59,802 nt of DNA from SAR86 cluster bacterium (lineage in GTDB: Bacteria > Pseudomonadota > Gammaproteobacteria > Magnimaribacterales > D2472): assembly GCA_004212975.1 (NCBI GenBank), contig SHBF01000003.1, positions 1-59,802 on the forward strand. Reading direction: 5' to 3'. Positions 29,218 to 39,826 of this stretch are shown here, one piece after another (the first letter of the stretch is position 1; each line of letters opens with the position of its first letter). Below the pieces are notes generated by a model. That model did no database searches. It saw only the letters and a list, made by a program, of their open reading frames with translations, and was not told the origin of the DNA. A program made the translations under genes and the position numbers.

Positions 29218-30237
29218 ATGAGATTTTTAAAACATACTTTATTAAGCCTTATTATCTTTTCTAATACATGCTTTGGAAAGGAGTTTGACAAACTTTTTGT
29301 AGTTTTAGAACCAATTGATACCGTATCGCAAATTGAGAAATCAATTAATAATTCATTTAATACTATGATTTATAGATTAAGCGGCAGTGATTCTCCTTCA
29401 AATATATGGAAAATCATTAATGCAGGTAATGCACGAAAAAATTTTATAAAAAGTTATTCTTTAAAGAATATTAATAACAAAAGTTATCTAGAAGTAAATT
29501 TTGAGAAAGATTTGTTGATTGAAGTTTTTAATAGGCTTTCTATTCCAATTTTAAGCAATTCTAGGCCTATTGTATTATTTCTTATTGAAATCGATTCTGG
29601 GACAGAAGAACCTTATTATTTAACAAATTCTCAAAACAATTCTTTTTTAGATGAGTCTTTAAAAGACTATTTAAAATATGAATCAACTTCAAGAGGAATT
29701 TTTCTTGAACTCCCCGAGCCAGATTTGATTGATTTCAATCAATTAAGAAACTATGAAAGACTAATTAATTATGAGGATATTATTAACGATAAATATATTT
29801 TTGATGAATTAATTAAAATCAATGTATCTAAAACGGGTATTGATGAATGGTCAATCAGCGGTGATATAAATATGACCGTGGGTGATAAAGATTTTATTAG
29901 TCTTTTTATAGAAAAATTTAAAGAACATACTAATTCTATAATTAATAAAATACTCAAGAAAAATCTTATAAATACTTCAAAAAAAGGAGTGATTAATATT
30001 TCTGTTTCAAATATTAATTCTTTTCAAGATTATGAAAAATCTCGGAAGGTTCTAGAGAATCTAGTGGGATTAAGAGACATAGACATCAGTAGATTTCATA
30101 TAGATACTATTTTTTATAGATTGGATATATTTGGGGACTTTGATTCAATTGTAAAAGAAATATCTGAAAATAATTTTCTTGAGATTATTAGTCAATATAA
30201 AGATAAATCTGAGATAAATATGAATTTCGTTAAATGA
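29218..30237 (+). CDS. DUF2066-like exported protein
   Basis: Signal peptide; divergent from purM and upstream of hda, as in other gammaproteobacteria. Confidence 0.6.
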   Translation: MRFLKHTLLSLIIFSNTCFGKEFDKLFVVLEPIDTVSQIEKSINNSFNTMIYRLSGSDSPSNIWKIINAGNARKNFIKSYSLKNINNKSYLEVNFEKDLLIEVFNRLSIPILSNSRPIVLFLIEIDSGTEEPYYLTNSQNNSFLDESLKDYLKYESTSRGIFLELPEPDLIDFNQLRNYERLINYEDIINDKYIFDELIKINVSKTGIDEWSISGDINMTVGDKDFISLFIEKFKEHTNSIINKILKKNLINTSKKGVINISVSNINSFQDYEKSRKVLENLVGLRDIDISRFHIDTIFYRLDIFGDFDSIVKEISENNFLEIISQYKDKSEINMNFVK

Positions 30238-30785
30238 AAAAGTATTTTATATTCATTCCCAACTTACTTACTCTTGTAAGAATAGCTTTAGTTTATCCAA
30301 TCTTAAATAATATTTATTTAGGAAATTTTGAAATTAGTATTATATATTTTGTTGTTGCCTCAATTACAGATGGTTTAGATGGTTTCATTGCTAGAAAAAT
30401 GAATTGGCAAACTGAGCTTGGTACTCTTTTAGATCCGGTCGCAGATAAAATTCTTCTGTCGGGGTGTATTTTTATTCTCTGGCTTAATCAATATATTCCT
30501 TTCTATATCTTTGTAATTTTTTTTAGCAGAGATGTTGCTATCCTTTTGGGAGCTGCTATAAGAATGACAATTATTGAATCTGATACACCAACACCAAATT
30601 TTCTAGGGAAGTTAACAACTACTTTACAAATAATCTATATTGCAATTATTTTCCTTAAAGAAATTATTGAGTTACATTTTAAATTGCTTCCTCTTGATGT
30701 GTTTATAATTCTTATAACTATCCTGAGTTTAGTTGTATACACTTATAATTGGGTTCGAGATCTAAGTACCTATCATAATGAATAA
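30234..30785 (+). CDS. CDP-alcohol phosphatidyltransferase
   Basis: PNLLT..R, DGLDGFIAR..G..LDPVADK signature. Confidence 0.92.
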   Translation: MKKYFIFIPNLLTLVRIALVYPILNNIYLGNFEISIIYFVVASITDGLDGFIARKMNWQTELGTLLDPVADKILLSGCIFILWLNQYIPFYIFVIFFSRDVAILLGAAIRMTIIESDTPTPNFLGKLTTTLQIIYIAIIFLKEIIELHFKLLPLDVFIILITILSLVVYTYNWVRDLSTYHNE

Positions 30786-31455
30786 GCCACAGCAATTAAC
30801 ATTTCCTTGGAGCAAACATAATAAATTCACATTTAATGACTTTTTCTTTGATTCACCCAATGAAGAGATAAAATTAGCTTTGAAAAATAATGAGGATCTT
30901 TTTTTGTATGGAGCTAAAGATTCAGGCAAATCATTTTTACTTCAATCCACATGTAATTATTATGCATCAAATAATAAATCTTCTGTTTATATACCAATTT
31001 CTGAAGCAATTAAGCATGGAACAGGTTTCATAGATTCATTGGAGGGATTGGACCTTATATGTCTTGACGATATTGATTTAATTGCATCAAATCAAGAGTG
31101 GGAGTTTGGAATATTTAATCTCATAAATAATTGTCTTACATTGGATTGTCGACTAATTTTTTCTTCTAGCATTAACCCATCATCAATAAAATTTGATTTA
31201 GATGACTTGATATCAAGAATAAGAAAAATCGATCATATTGAACTTTATTCTATTAATGATTCAAGCTTGCCTGAAGCTATAAAATTTGTATCTAAGCTAA
31301 GGTCAATTAATCTGGGAGATAAAGAAATTAATTATCTTGTTACATATACTAAAAGAAATATGTCAGATCTAGTAGAAATTATCAACAAACTAGATCAGCT
31401 TTCTATGGAGTTAAAAAGAAAAATAACAATACCATTAATTAAAGAAATTATTTAG
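30778..31455 (+). CDS. hda: DnaA regulatory inactivator Hda
   Basis: N-terminal clamp motif QLTF, GKSFLL, LDDID, DLISR, ITIPLIKE. Confidence 0.88.
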   Translation: MNKPQQLTFPWSKHNKFTFNDFFFDSPNEEIKLALKNNEDLFLYGAKDSGKSFLLQSTCNYYASNNKSSVYIPISEAIKHGTGFIDSLEGLDLICLDDIDLIASNQEWEFGIFNLINNCLTLDCRLIFSSSINPSSIKFDLDDLISRIRKIDHIELYSINDSSLPEAIKFVSKLRSINLGDKEINYLVTYTKRNMSDLVEIINKLDQLSMELKRKITIPLIKEII

Positions 31456-33286
31456 TATTAAAATATTCACACTCAAAGCAAAAAGATATCATATCAACAT
31501 CTTTGTCTTCGTTTATAAAATCGTATTGGTTGTTCAATAAATCTAAAACTTGTTTTGATTTAGTGCCTAAGTTAAATTCAATATCGAGATTATCAAGAAA
31601 TACATTAATAAAAACTTCAAATGTATCTAATTCTTTTAAATATCTCACAACTTTGTAGTTATCAATATCGGCCATTGCTGATGCAGATTCTATTGCATCA
31701 TCTAAGTCTCCAATTTTATCAATTAAGCCTAATTGTAAGGCTTTTTTACCAGACCATATTCTTCCCTTAGCAATAGCATGAACCTCTTCATATCGCATAT
31801 TTCTATTTGCAGAGACTTTATTTACAAATTTATCGTATATATCATCAACTGAAGCTTGTATTCCAAGTGTAACGTTTTCAGGCATTTTAAATCTTGGATC
31901 CCAATTGGCAGCATCTGTTGAACTAACTCCATCAACTTGAATTCCTACCCAGTCATATAAGTTTTCAATAGTTGTAAGTACACCATAAACTCCAATTGAG
32001 CCAGTCAAAGTTTCCTCTTTAGCCCATATTTCATCAGATAGTGTTGTTACCCATACTCCACCTGATGCAGCAATATCTCCCATTGAGCTCACTATTGGTC
32101 TGTTAGTATCTTTAAATTCATTTAGTGCATTTGTAATTAATTCGCTTGGATAAACTCCGCCACCAGGACTATTTACTTGAAGAACAAGAGCTTTAACATT
32201 ATCATCCTTTATTGCTTTTCTGATATTTTTAACAATTGTATCTGAGCCTGCAATACCGTAAATAGATTCACCAGTAGATATAGCACCTTCAATGTTAATA
32301 ACTGCAATTTTATTATTGGAATCATTTTCTTCAGATTCAATAGTAGATAAATAGTCATATATTGATATTGAGTCAGGCAATTTATTTACGTCATTATCTT
32401 TATTTGGATATTCATCAAAGAACCAATGTCTTAATTCCTCAACTGTAAAAACCTTATCAACTAATCCTTTATTAAGAGCAATTTGGGAAACTTCTGGCTC
32501 TTCTAGTGCCAATTCCCAAAAAGAGTCACCATAATTTTGAATTGTTCCAGTATCAAGATTTCTTCCACTTTCCATTAAATCTGTCATTTTTTTCCAAAGA
32601 GGGCTAGCAAACTCATTCCATTGAGTTTTATCTTCCTCAGACATAGTGTTTCTTGTGAAATTCTCTGGACCAGTTTTCCATTCTCCAGCGATAAATACAT
32701 GTTGGTTTAGTTTAATATTTTTATAAAGATCTTTTACGTACTCTCTTTTTCTTGAAAAACCAAAGGAAGATACTTGACCATATTTATTCAATATAATTTC
32801 ATTTGCTTGTGAACTTATTAAAAAAGCATTGTTTCCAAAATTTTGACCATAAGCTATTACTCTTTTGCCTTTGTCTTTAATATTTTTAACCGCATTGGCA
32901 ATTTCAAATGCTGATGCATAATACATTCCAAGCTCAGATACGTTAATGTAAATTGCAGCAAGGTTTTTATCATCAGCTGCATTTTCTAAAACTTTAATGA
33001 GATCTTCTAATTCATGCTGTTGTATATCTGTTGAACCTAAAAGAAGAGTATCAAGAGATGTGGATGAATTTGAAGAACTATCTACTACTACTCCAACAGG
33101 TTTAAACCATAATATTTTATCTTGTGTTGAAATGCTCTCTTCTTCAGAAAAAAACGAACCGATTCCGCCTATCAGTGAAAACGTAATCAGTATTAGCACA
33201 ACTATGGTAAATAAATTAACAATAATCTTTCTTGATAATGTTAAAAATTTATCTGCTGTTGACCATACTGATTGAACTTTACTCAT
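31448..33286 (-). CDS. sppA: Signal peptide peptidase SppA (long form)
   Basis: VNSPGG, SMGDIAASGG, TLTGSIGV, GRIWSG; 612 aa two-domain protein. Confidence 0.93.
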   Translation of the reverse strand: MSKVQSVWSTADKFLTLSRKIIVNLFTIVVLILITFSLIGGIGSFFSEEESISTQDKILWFKPVGVVVDSSSNSSTSLDTLLLGSTDIQQHELEDLIKVLENAADDKNLAAIYINVSELGMYYASAFEIANAVKNIKDKGKRVIAYGQNFGNNAFLISSQANEIILNKYGQVSSFGFSRKREYVKDLYKNIKLNQHVFIAGEWKTGPENFTRNTMSEEDKTQWNEFASPLWKKMTDLMESGRNLDTGTIQNYGDSFWELALEEPEVSQIALNKGLVDKVFTVEELRHWFFDEYPNKDNDVNKLPDSISIYDYLSTIESEENDSNNKIAVINIEGAISTGESIYGIAGSDTIVKNIRKAIKDDNVKALVLQVNSPGGGVYPSELITNALNEFKDTNRPIVSSMGDIAASGGVWVTTLSDEIWAKEETLTGSIGVYGVLTTIENLYDWVGIQVDGVSSTDAANWDPRFKMPENVTLGIQASVDDIYDKFVNKVSANRNMRYEEVHAIAKGRIWSGKKALQLGLIDKIGDLDDAIESASAMADIDNYKVVRYLKELDTFEVFINVFLDNLDIEFNLGTKSKQVLDLLNNQYDFINEDKDVDMISFCFECEYFNTK

Positions 33287-33345
33287 TCATTACTCCAAAA
33301 AAAGACTATGATGATATGACATATATAGGACTAAGTAAACGCATT

Positions 33346-33678
33346 TTAGTTCATATTATTAATGATTCTTGGTCCATACATGATACTAATAAATAATGAG
33401 GATATAAAAAATAATTCAAGAATGTCTAACCAGTATGCCGATGTTCCAAAAACTCTCAATGAGCTCAATAGAAAGTATATGATCAACAAAAAACAAAACC
33501 ATTGATAGGCTTTAATTACTAATTTATTTATAAACATGTAAAAAATAAATATAGGTAGCGCCCAAAAGATATACATAAATATATCTATTCTTTCTTGAAT
33601 AACATTGATAAATTTTGAAATAAATAAACACATAAATAGTAAATTTGTGAGAAGTTTGTAATTGGCGATACTAATCAT
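33346..33678 (-). CDS. DUF2069-like membrane protein
   Basis: AYQWFCF..YF motif; follows wrbA. Confidence 0.65.
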   Translation of the reverse strand: MISIANYKLLTNLLFMCLFISKFINVIQERIDIFMYIFWALPIFIFYMFINKLVIKAYQWFCFLLIIYFLLSSLRVFGTSAYWLDILELFFISSLFISIMYGPRIINNMN

Positions 33679-34267
33679 TAAATTTCATTACTAATTTGCC
33701 AAGCCTCGATCCAGTTTTTTTTGCAATCTCATATTCATCTTTGGTTAAATCACTTGAGGAATTAAAACTTTCAACATGAGAGGGGCCGTAAGGTGTTCCT
33801 CCTGACTTTGTTTTATTTAGTTCGCCAATAGAATAGGGCGTTCCAGCTACGACCATTCCATGATGTAACATGAAAGTAATTAAACTAAAAAGAGTCGTTT
33901 CTTGACCACCGTGCATAGAACTTGTAGATGTAAATACTATGCCTGGTTTATTTTCTAAAGCATTTGTTGCCCACAAATCACCTGTAGAGTCTAAAAAATA
34001 TTTTAACGGAGATGAAATTGAACCAAACCTTGTTGGAGAACCTAAAGCAAGACCGCTGCAATTAATTAAATCATCCTTAGTACAGTAAATTTCACCAGAT
34101 TCTGGAATATCGCTTTCAAATTTTTCAACATTTGATGATATTTTGGGAACTGTTCTTAGGCGAACATCTAAACCAATATCCTCAACACCATCAGCAATAG
34201 CATGCGCTAAATTTTTAACTGATCCAGATGCAGAATAAAATAATACTAATAAAAAATTCTTTTCCAT
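33671..34267 (-). CDS. wrbA: NAD(P)H:quinone oxidoreductase WrbA
   Basis: GSPTRFG, STSSMHGGQETT, GGTPYG; start reassigned to 34267. Confidence 0.93.
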   Translation of the reverse strand: MEKNFLLVLFYSASGSVKNLAHAIADGVEDIGLDVRLRTVPKISSNVEKFESDIPESGEIYCTKDDLINCSGLALGSPTRFGSISSPLKYFLDSTGDLWATNALENKPGIVFTSTSSMHGGQETTLFSLITFMLHHGMVVAGTPYSIGELNKTKSGGTPYGPSHVESFNSSSDLTKDEYEIAKKTGSRLGKLVMKFND

Positions 34268-34303
34268 GTTTACATTTAAAGTTTTAATTATATTATGTAC
34301 GCG

Positions 34304-34756
34304 ATGAAGTCTAAAATTATACAACTTTTCTGTTTGTTACTACTTTTTGCTTGTCAAAAGAATGACATTGAAGTATTTAACGGATCAAATATTAATCTTA
34401 CCAAGCTAGAGGGTAGCTGGGTTGTAATAAATTATTGGGCTGACTGGTGTGCACCTTGCATAAAAGAAATACCAGAACTTAATAAGTTTGCGCATGAAAA
34501 TAAAGATATATTTGTATTCACTTTTAACTTTGATCAACTCGATCAAGAAGATCTAGCACCAATTGCAAAAAAATTTAATATAGAAGTTCCCTCGTTGGTG
34601 ACTCACCCTCGAGATATATGGGGTATTCAAACCCCCCCAGCAGTTCCAGCTACTTTTTTCATAAATCCTAATGGCGAATTATCACTTTCATTATTTAGAC
34701 CACAAACAAAAGATGCGCTCAACGACATCTTGTTGGAATTAAAGCAGGCTTTCTAA
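34304..34756 (+). CDS. TlpA-family disulfide reductase lipoprotein
   Basis: Lipobox LFAC, INYWADWCAPCIKEIPEL, PATFFINPNG. Confidence 0.9.
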   Translation: MKSKIIQLFCLLLLFACQKNDIEVFNGSNINLTKLEGSWVVINYWADWCAPCIKEIPELNKFAHENKDIFVFTFNFDQLDQEDLAPIAKKFNIEVPSLVTHPRDIWGIQTPPAVPATFFINPNGELSLSLFRPQTKDALNDILLELKQAF

Positions 34757-35524
34757 AAAGTTATCCTGAATAATTGATTCTGGATTGATCCTTTCTTTAT
34801 TTAAATACACTGTCCAATGTAAATGGGGTCCTGTAACTCTTCCAGTTGATCCAACTTCTCCAATTTTTTGTCCCTTTTCAATTAATTCATTTTCATCAAC
34901 AAGTACTGACGATAAATGACTGTATGAACTTATTAGACCAAATCCATGGTCTATTATTATGTAATTTCCCGCATAAAAGAAATCACCAACTAAAATTACT
35001 TTACCTCTTGAAGGAGATACAATTTTTGTTCCCTCAGCTGCAGCAATATCCAAAGACAGGTGAGGAGATCTAGGTTCATCATTGATGTATCTCTTTTTAC
35101 CATATCTGCTTGAGATAATACCCTCAACAGGATTCATAAAATTTAAATCAGGCACTAAAAATTTTGAATAGTTATTGAGTGCTTTTTGGATAATTTTAGA
35201 TTCTTTGTAAGTCCTATCAGAATCTTCTTTACTTAGATTGACCATAGAATTGTTTTCAATAGTAATTCTAGATTCACCAAAATCTTTTTGATTAATATTT
35301 ATTTTTTCACCATCTACATATATTGAATCATTTTGTTTTTCAAATGGCAGTGGTATCAATTTATAAAGAGTTTCATTAATTTCGACTGTTAAATATTTAT
35401 CAAGATCATTACTTGAAGCTTTTATAGCAATTATTTCGCCAGGATCACCAAATCTCTCCGCATTAATGAAAAAAGAAATTAAACATATGTAGCAAAGAGA
35501 AGAATTTTTAATCTTATTTCTCAT
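34739..35524 (-). CDS. M23 family metallopeptidase
   Basis: HLSLD (HxxxD), YSHL, GRVTGPHLH. Confidence 0.9.
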   Translation of the reverse strand: MRNKIKNSSLCYICLISFFINAERFGDPGEIIAIKASSNDLDKYLTVEINETLYKLIPLPFEKQNDSIYVDGEKININQKDFGESRITIENNSMVNLSKEDSDRTYKESKIIQKALNNYSKFLVPDLNFMNPVEGIISSRYGKKRYINDEPRSPHLSLDIAAAEGTKIVSPSRGKVILVGDFFYAGNYIIIDHGFGLISSYSHLSSVLVDENELIEKGQKIGEVGSTGRVTGPHLHWTVYLNKERINPESIIQDNFLESLL

Positions 35525-36878
35525 TTTTTATTACTTCAACATCAAGTGAGCCTCTATTTAATCTAGTTTTTAAAATCTCTCCTTTGGTGACATCTGAAAA
35601 AGACTTTATTGCTTCACCTTTCTTATTAGTAACGATCGCATATCCTCTATCTAATATTGATAGTGGACTGAGTATTTCTATATTTTTAAGCAATTTATCA
35701 ATTAAATTTTTATTTAGCATTATCTTTTCATTGATATTTCTGTGTAGTCTCTCATTAGCTTGAATTAATTTATTTTTAATAAGATCTAATTTTCTAATTG
35801 GATTGTTAAAACTAATCTGAGAATCAATATTTTGAATTTGATTCTTTTTATCATTAATGATTGATTTTTGTTGTTTTTGTATTCTTAAATCCAGATTGTC
35901 TAAATATTGATTTTTTTCTCTTAATAAGGACAAAGGATCTTTTAATTTTGATCGATTAAAATCAAGATTTCGTCTTAAGTCTTCGATAAAAGTTTTTATA
36001 TTTTTATTTATTCTTAATTTAAATTCATCTAATTTATCTGAAACTTTAAAATTAAATTCAGTGACAAGCTCTGCAGATGCTGTCGGAGTAGGAACTCGTA
36101 TATCGCAAACAAAGTCACAAATAGTAAAATCAATCTCATGGCCAACTCCAGATATGGTTGGAATTGGATATGAAAAAATTTCTCTAGCTAAATCTTCATT
36201 ATTAAAGCACCAAAGATCTTCTATTGAACCTCCGCCTCTTGCAAGAATGACAACATCAATTTTGTTATTAGGATTTTTCTCGTTGTGCAAAATTATTCTA
36301 TTAAGTGCATTGATGATACTGACGTGGGCATTGTCGCCCTGAACAACGGCATCACTTAATGAAATTTTAGAGTTTGGTGCTCTTCTTTTAACAGTTGAAA
36401 TAATATCTTGAAATGCAGCAGTCGATGATGAGGTTACAATCCCAATGTGATTAGGTGATTGAGGTATATCTACTTTATTATTCAAACTAAATAATCCCTC
36501 GTTTTCTAATTTATTCTTAAGCTTTTCAAATTGTTGCATTAGATTTCCTGCACCCGCAGGCTCTATAGTTTTTACTATTAACTGATAGTCACCTCGCGGA
36601 GCATAAATACTTACTTGACCCTTGAGCACACACTGGTCTCCATTTTCAGGTGAAAAATTTAATTTCATATTTTGATTTTTGAACATTGCACATCTTATTG
36701 CTCCTTCCTCATCCTTTAGTGTGAAGTAGATATGTCCTGAACTAGGTCTTGAAAGATTTGATATTTCACCAACAACAGATACATTGTTGAAGTTATTTTC
36801 TAATAGATATTTTGCAGATTTATTTAGTTCGCCTACTGAGATAATTTCATCATTCTGCACTACAATGTTACTAGTCAT
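35514..36878 (-). CDS. xseA: Exodeoxyribonuclease VII large subunit
   Basis: GEISN..SGHIYFTLKD, RGGGSIEDLW, GVGHEID, PTPTAS. Confidence 0.97.
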   Translation of the reverse strand: MTSNIVVQNDEIISVGELNKSAKYLLENNFNNVSVVGEISNLSRPSSGHIYFTLKDEEGAIRCAMFKNQNMKLNFSPENGDQCVLKGQVSIYAPRGDYQLIVKTIEPAGAGNLMQQFEKLKNKLENEGLFSLNNKVDIPQSPNHIGIVTSSSTAAFQDIISTVKRRAPNSKISLSDAVVQGDNAHVSIINALNRIILHNEKNPNNKIDVVILARGGGSIEDLWCFNNEDLAREIFSYPIPTISGVGHEIDFTICDFVCDIRVPTPTASAELVTEFNFKVSDKLDEFKLRINKNIKTFIEDLRRNLDFNRSKLKDPLSLLREKNQYLDNLDLRIQKQQKSIINDKKNQIQNIDSQISFNNPIRKLDLIKNKLIQANERLHRNINEKIMLNKNLIDKLLKNIEILSPLSILDRGYAIVTNKKGEAIKSFSDVTKGEILKTRLNRGSLDVEVIKNEK

Positions 36879-36895
36879 ATTGAAAGTATAACTTT

Positions 36896-37792
36896 ATGAA
36901 AACTAATTTTCAGCGAACAAATCACTTTCTTATCCTCACACTTGGAGCTGTACTAATTGGCTTTGCACCAATTTTTGTTAAGTGGAGCATGTTGTCTTCA
37001 TCAGCAATTAGCTTTTATAGAATGTTGCTTGCTATACCTTTTTTATTCTTATTAAACTTAAGATTAAATAAAAAATTTAAGTTCACTGTAAATGATAGTA
37101 AAACAATTTTTTTTGCTGCATTAGCATCTTTAGCATTTACAACTGACTTAACTCTTTGGCATTACAGCATGAATATAACATCTGTATCCAATGCAACTAT
37201 TATAGTTAATTCTTCTCCTGTCTTTGTGGCCATACTTGGTTATATATTTTTTAGGGAAAAATTATCAAGGAGTTTTGTTGTATCTTTCCTGATTACTTAT
37301 ATTGGAATACTGGGGTTAATTTATTTTTCAAATAATTATGCTACTGGGAGAGTTGTTGGTGACATACTCTGTTTAATTGCGGCTTTTTTTTATGGAGTGT
37401 ATTTATTAATAATTGCAAAATTAGGTAAAGAAAATTCCCTAAATATAATTTTTTACACAACATTATTTTGTTGTTTATTTTCAATAATCCCAATGCTTAT
37501 TCAAGGTGGAAATATAATACCGTCGACTTCATTTGAATGGATAAACTTATTATTACTTGCAGTTTTATGTCAATTTGGAGGTCAATACTTAATTACTCAT
37601 GGAATTGGAAAAATATCTGCCTCTGAAGGATCTGTAGGACTTTTAATGCAACCCATTACAGCAACTATTTTAGCTGCATTTATATTTGGAGAAATTCTAA
37701 ATATTACACAAATAATATTTATACTTGTAGCACTTTTTGGCATCTATTTAGCAAGAATCAATCTAACTGGAAATCAACAAAAACAAACCTAA
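36896..37792 (+). CDS. DMT/EamA family transporter
   Basis: 10 TM, two EamA repeats (..FFREK.. and ..FGE..). Confidence 0.88.
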   Translation: MKTNFQRTNHFLILTLGAVLIGFAPIFVKWSMLSSSAISFYRMLLAIPFLFLLNLRLNKKFKFTVNDSKTIFFAALASLAFTTDLTLWHYSMNITSVSNATIIVNSSPVFVAILGYIFFREKLSRSFVVSFLITYIGILGLIYFSNNYATGRVVGDILCLIAAFFYGVYLLIIAKLGKENSLNIIFYTTLFCCLFSIIPMLIQGGNIIPSTSFEWINLLLLAVLCQFGGQYLITHGIGKISASEGSVGLLMQPITATILAAFIFGEILNITQIIFILVALFGIYLARINLTGNQQKQT

Positions 37793-37859
37793 CAAATAAT
37801 GTTATTTTTTTTCTAATAATAGTATTATTAGCACCCTTAATTGTTAATTAAGAAGGTTA

Positions 37860-37936
37860 GGGTGATTAGCTCAGTTTGGTAGAGCATCTCGTTTACACCG
37901 AGAGGGTCGGCAGTTCGAACCTGTCATCACCCACCA
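37860..37936 (+). tRNA. tRNA-Val(TAC)
   Basis: GGGTGAT...TCTCG-TT-TAC-AC-CGAGA...ATCACCC-A-CCA. Confidence 0.97.
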
Positions 37937-37938
37937 TT

Positions 37939-37978
37939 AAGGTTGAACTTTTATTAATAACATATAAGATGCAACCTT
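37939..37978. repeat. Inverted repeat in the Val-Asp tRNA spacer
   Basis: AAGGTTG ... CAACCTT arms. Confidence 0.4.
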
Positions 37979-37983
37979 TATGT

Positions 37984-38058
37984 GGTCCGGTAGTTAAACG
38001 GTTATAATTCCGCCCTGTCACGGCGGCGTTCGGGGTTCGATTCCCCGTCGGACCGCCA
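37984..38058 (+). tRNA. tRNA-Asp(GTC)
   Basis: GGTCCGG...CCGCC-CT-GTC-AC-GGCGG...GGTTCGATTCC...TCGGACC-G-CCA. Confidence 0.95.
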
Positions 38059-38069
38059 ATGAATTTATT

Positions 38070-38477
38070 ATGGATACTTTAATCATAAGTCTTTTAATAC
38101 TTTGCTACTCCCTAGTACTTGGAATCATTTTTGCACAAGTACTTCTTACAGCTCCAGTGGTATTTAAGGTACTGGATGACCAAAATGCATCTAAATTCTT
38201 GAGAAAAATTTTTCCTCGCTACTACTTACTACTTTTATTAATTACCTTACTTGCTTTATTAATATCCTATTTATTTTTTGAAATATTTGATGTTTATATA
38301 GCAATTGTGGCTGTATTTTTCTCTTTTTTTGGATACATAATTATTCCACTCACAAATAGTGCTAGAGATAGAGGCTGGAATAACCTTTTTAAATGGTTAC
38401 ATAATCTAAGTGTATTTAATACAGTGGTAATAATGGCTATAGCCATAGTGCAAATATTTAGAGCAACTACTCTATAA
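38070..38477 (+). CDS. DUF4149-like membrane protein
   Basis: APVVFKVL..ASKFLRKIFPRYY, P..N.ARD, FKWLH..SV motifs. Confidence 0.75.
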   Translation: MDTLIISLLILCYSLVLGIIFAQVLLTAPVVFKVLDDQNASKFLRKIFPRYYLLLLLITLLALLISYLFFEIFDVYIAIVAVFFSFFGYIIIPLTNSARDRGWNNLFKWLHNLSVFNTVVIMAIAIVQIFRATTL

Positions 38478-38480
38478 GTC

Positions 38481-39491
38481 ATGGAAAATTCCAAAAGTGT
38501 TGCAGTTCTCGGAGGAGGAAGTTTTGGGACGGTTCTAGCAAATTTAGCAGCATCAAATGGATACAACGTTTCATTGTGGGTAAGGGACTCTGAACAAGCT
38601 TTAAGAATAAATTCGGAGGGAGCTAACACCACATATCATCCTGAATTAAAATTATCTAAAAATATAATTGCATCTGATAACTTAAAAGAGGTTTTAAATA
38701 ACATATCTATAATTTTTATTGCGACACCAAGTATTGTGTTCGAGCAAATTGTAATGAGAGTTTCTGATCATATAGATGAAAAACCATATTTAGTTTCATG
38801 TACAAAAGGTATCCTTGATGATCCATTTAGACCATTATCAGATATTATTTCATCAAAACTCAATAATACTATTGGTGTTTTGAGTGGCCCAAACCTAGCA
38901 AAAGAAATAGCGGATGAAAAAATAGCAGGTACAGTCATAGCAAGTCCAGATGAAAGTTTAATAAATATAGTTAAATCAGTTTTGTCTTCTGAAACTTTTA
39001 AAATATATTCAAGTAAAGATATGCAAGGAGTTGAAATGGCTGGCGCATTAAAAAACATTTATGCAGTAATATGCGGAATGGCTGAATCACTAAAAGTTGG
39101 CGAAAATGCTATTGGACTAATACTAACTCGTAGCATGGCTGAGATGAGTCGCTTTGCTGTTGCAAAAGGTGCAAATCCGATAACATTTTTAGGATTATCG
39201 GGAATGGGTGATTTAGTTGCAACATGCATGTCAACTTTATCAAGGAATTATCAACTTGGTTTTAATATTGGATCTGGCATGTCTTTATCAAAGGCAAAGG
39301 AAAGCGTTGGTCAAGTTGCTGAGGGAGTAAGAACTCTTGAAGTTGTTTTAAAAGAATCATCAAAATTGAATATTAAAATGCCACTAGTCGAATCTATGTA
39401 TAATATAATTTACAATAATGCTTCACCAAACACACTAATTGATGATTTAATTAATAATCCGAATGAGGTTGATGTAGAATTTAATTACTGA
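38481..39491 (+). CDS. gpsA: NAD(P)H-dependent glycerol-3-phosphate dehydrogenase
   Basis: GGGSFGT, SGPNLAKE, GALKNIYA, GMGDLVATC..LSRN. Confidence 0.96.
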   Translation: MENSKSVAVLGGGSFGTVLANLAASNGYNVSLWVRDSEQALRINSEGANTTYHPELKLSKNIIASDNLKEVLNNISIIFIATPSIVFEQIVMRVSDHIDEKPYLVSCTKGILDDPFRPLSDIISSKLNNTIGVLSGPNLAKEIADEKIAGTVIASPDESLINIVKSVLSSETFKIYSSKDMQGVEMAGALKNIYAVICGMAESLKVGENAIGLILTRSMAEMSRFAVAKGANPITFLGLSGMGDLVATCMSTLSRNYQLGFNIGSGMSLSKAKESVGQVAEGVRTLEVVLKESSKLNIKMPLVESMYNIIYNNASPNTLIDDLINNPNEVDVEFNY

Positions 39492-39493
39492 GT

Positions 39494-39826
39494 ATGGAAA
39501 ATATTAACAAAGACGAAATTTTAAAATCAAGTAAGTGGATTAGATTCATTTTTATGGTTCTATATGCGTTTGCATTAAATTTTGTTTTACCAATATGTAT
39601 TGGGCTTGCATTTATTCAGTTTTTATTTGTTCTTTTTACATCAAAAGTAAATCTATCAATAGCTAAGGTAAATTCTTATGTTATTGAGTTTTTTGAAGAT
39701 TCTTTATCATTCTTATTGTTTCAAACTGAAGAAAAACCTTTTCCTTTTAAAAACAATTCAGCAGAAGAGGTTGTAATTGAAGCGGAAGAAATAGAGGACT
39801 CGTCCTCAAAACAAGAAACTGATTAA
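39494..39826 (+). CDS. DUF4389-like membrane protein
   Basis: [24 protein letters not shown]. Confidence 0.75.
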   Translation: MENINKDEILKSSKWIRFIFMVLYAFALNFVLPICIGLAFIQFLFVLFTSKVNLSIAKVNSYVIEFFEDSLSFLLFQTEEKPFPFKNNSAEEVVIEAEEIEDSSSKQETD

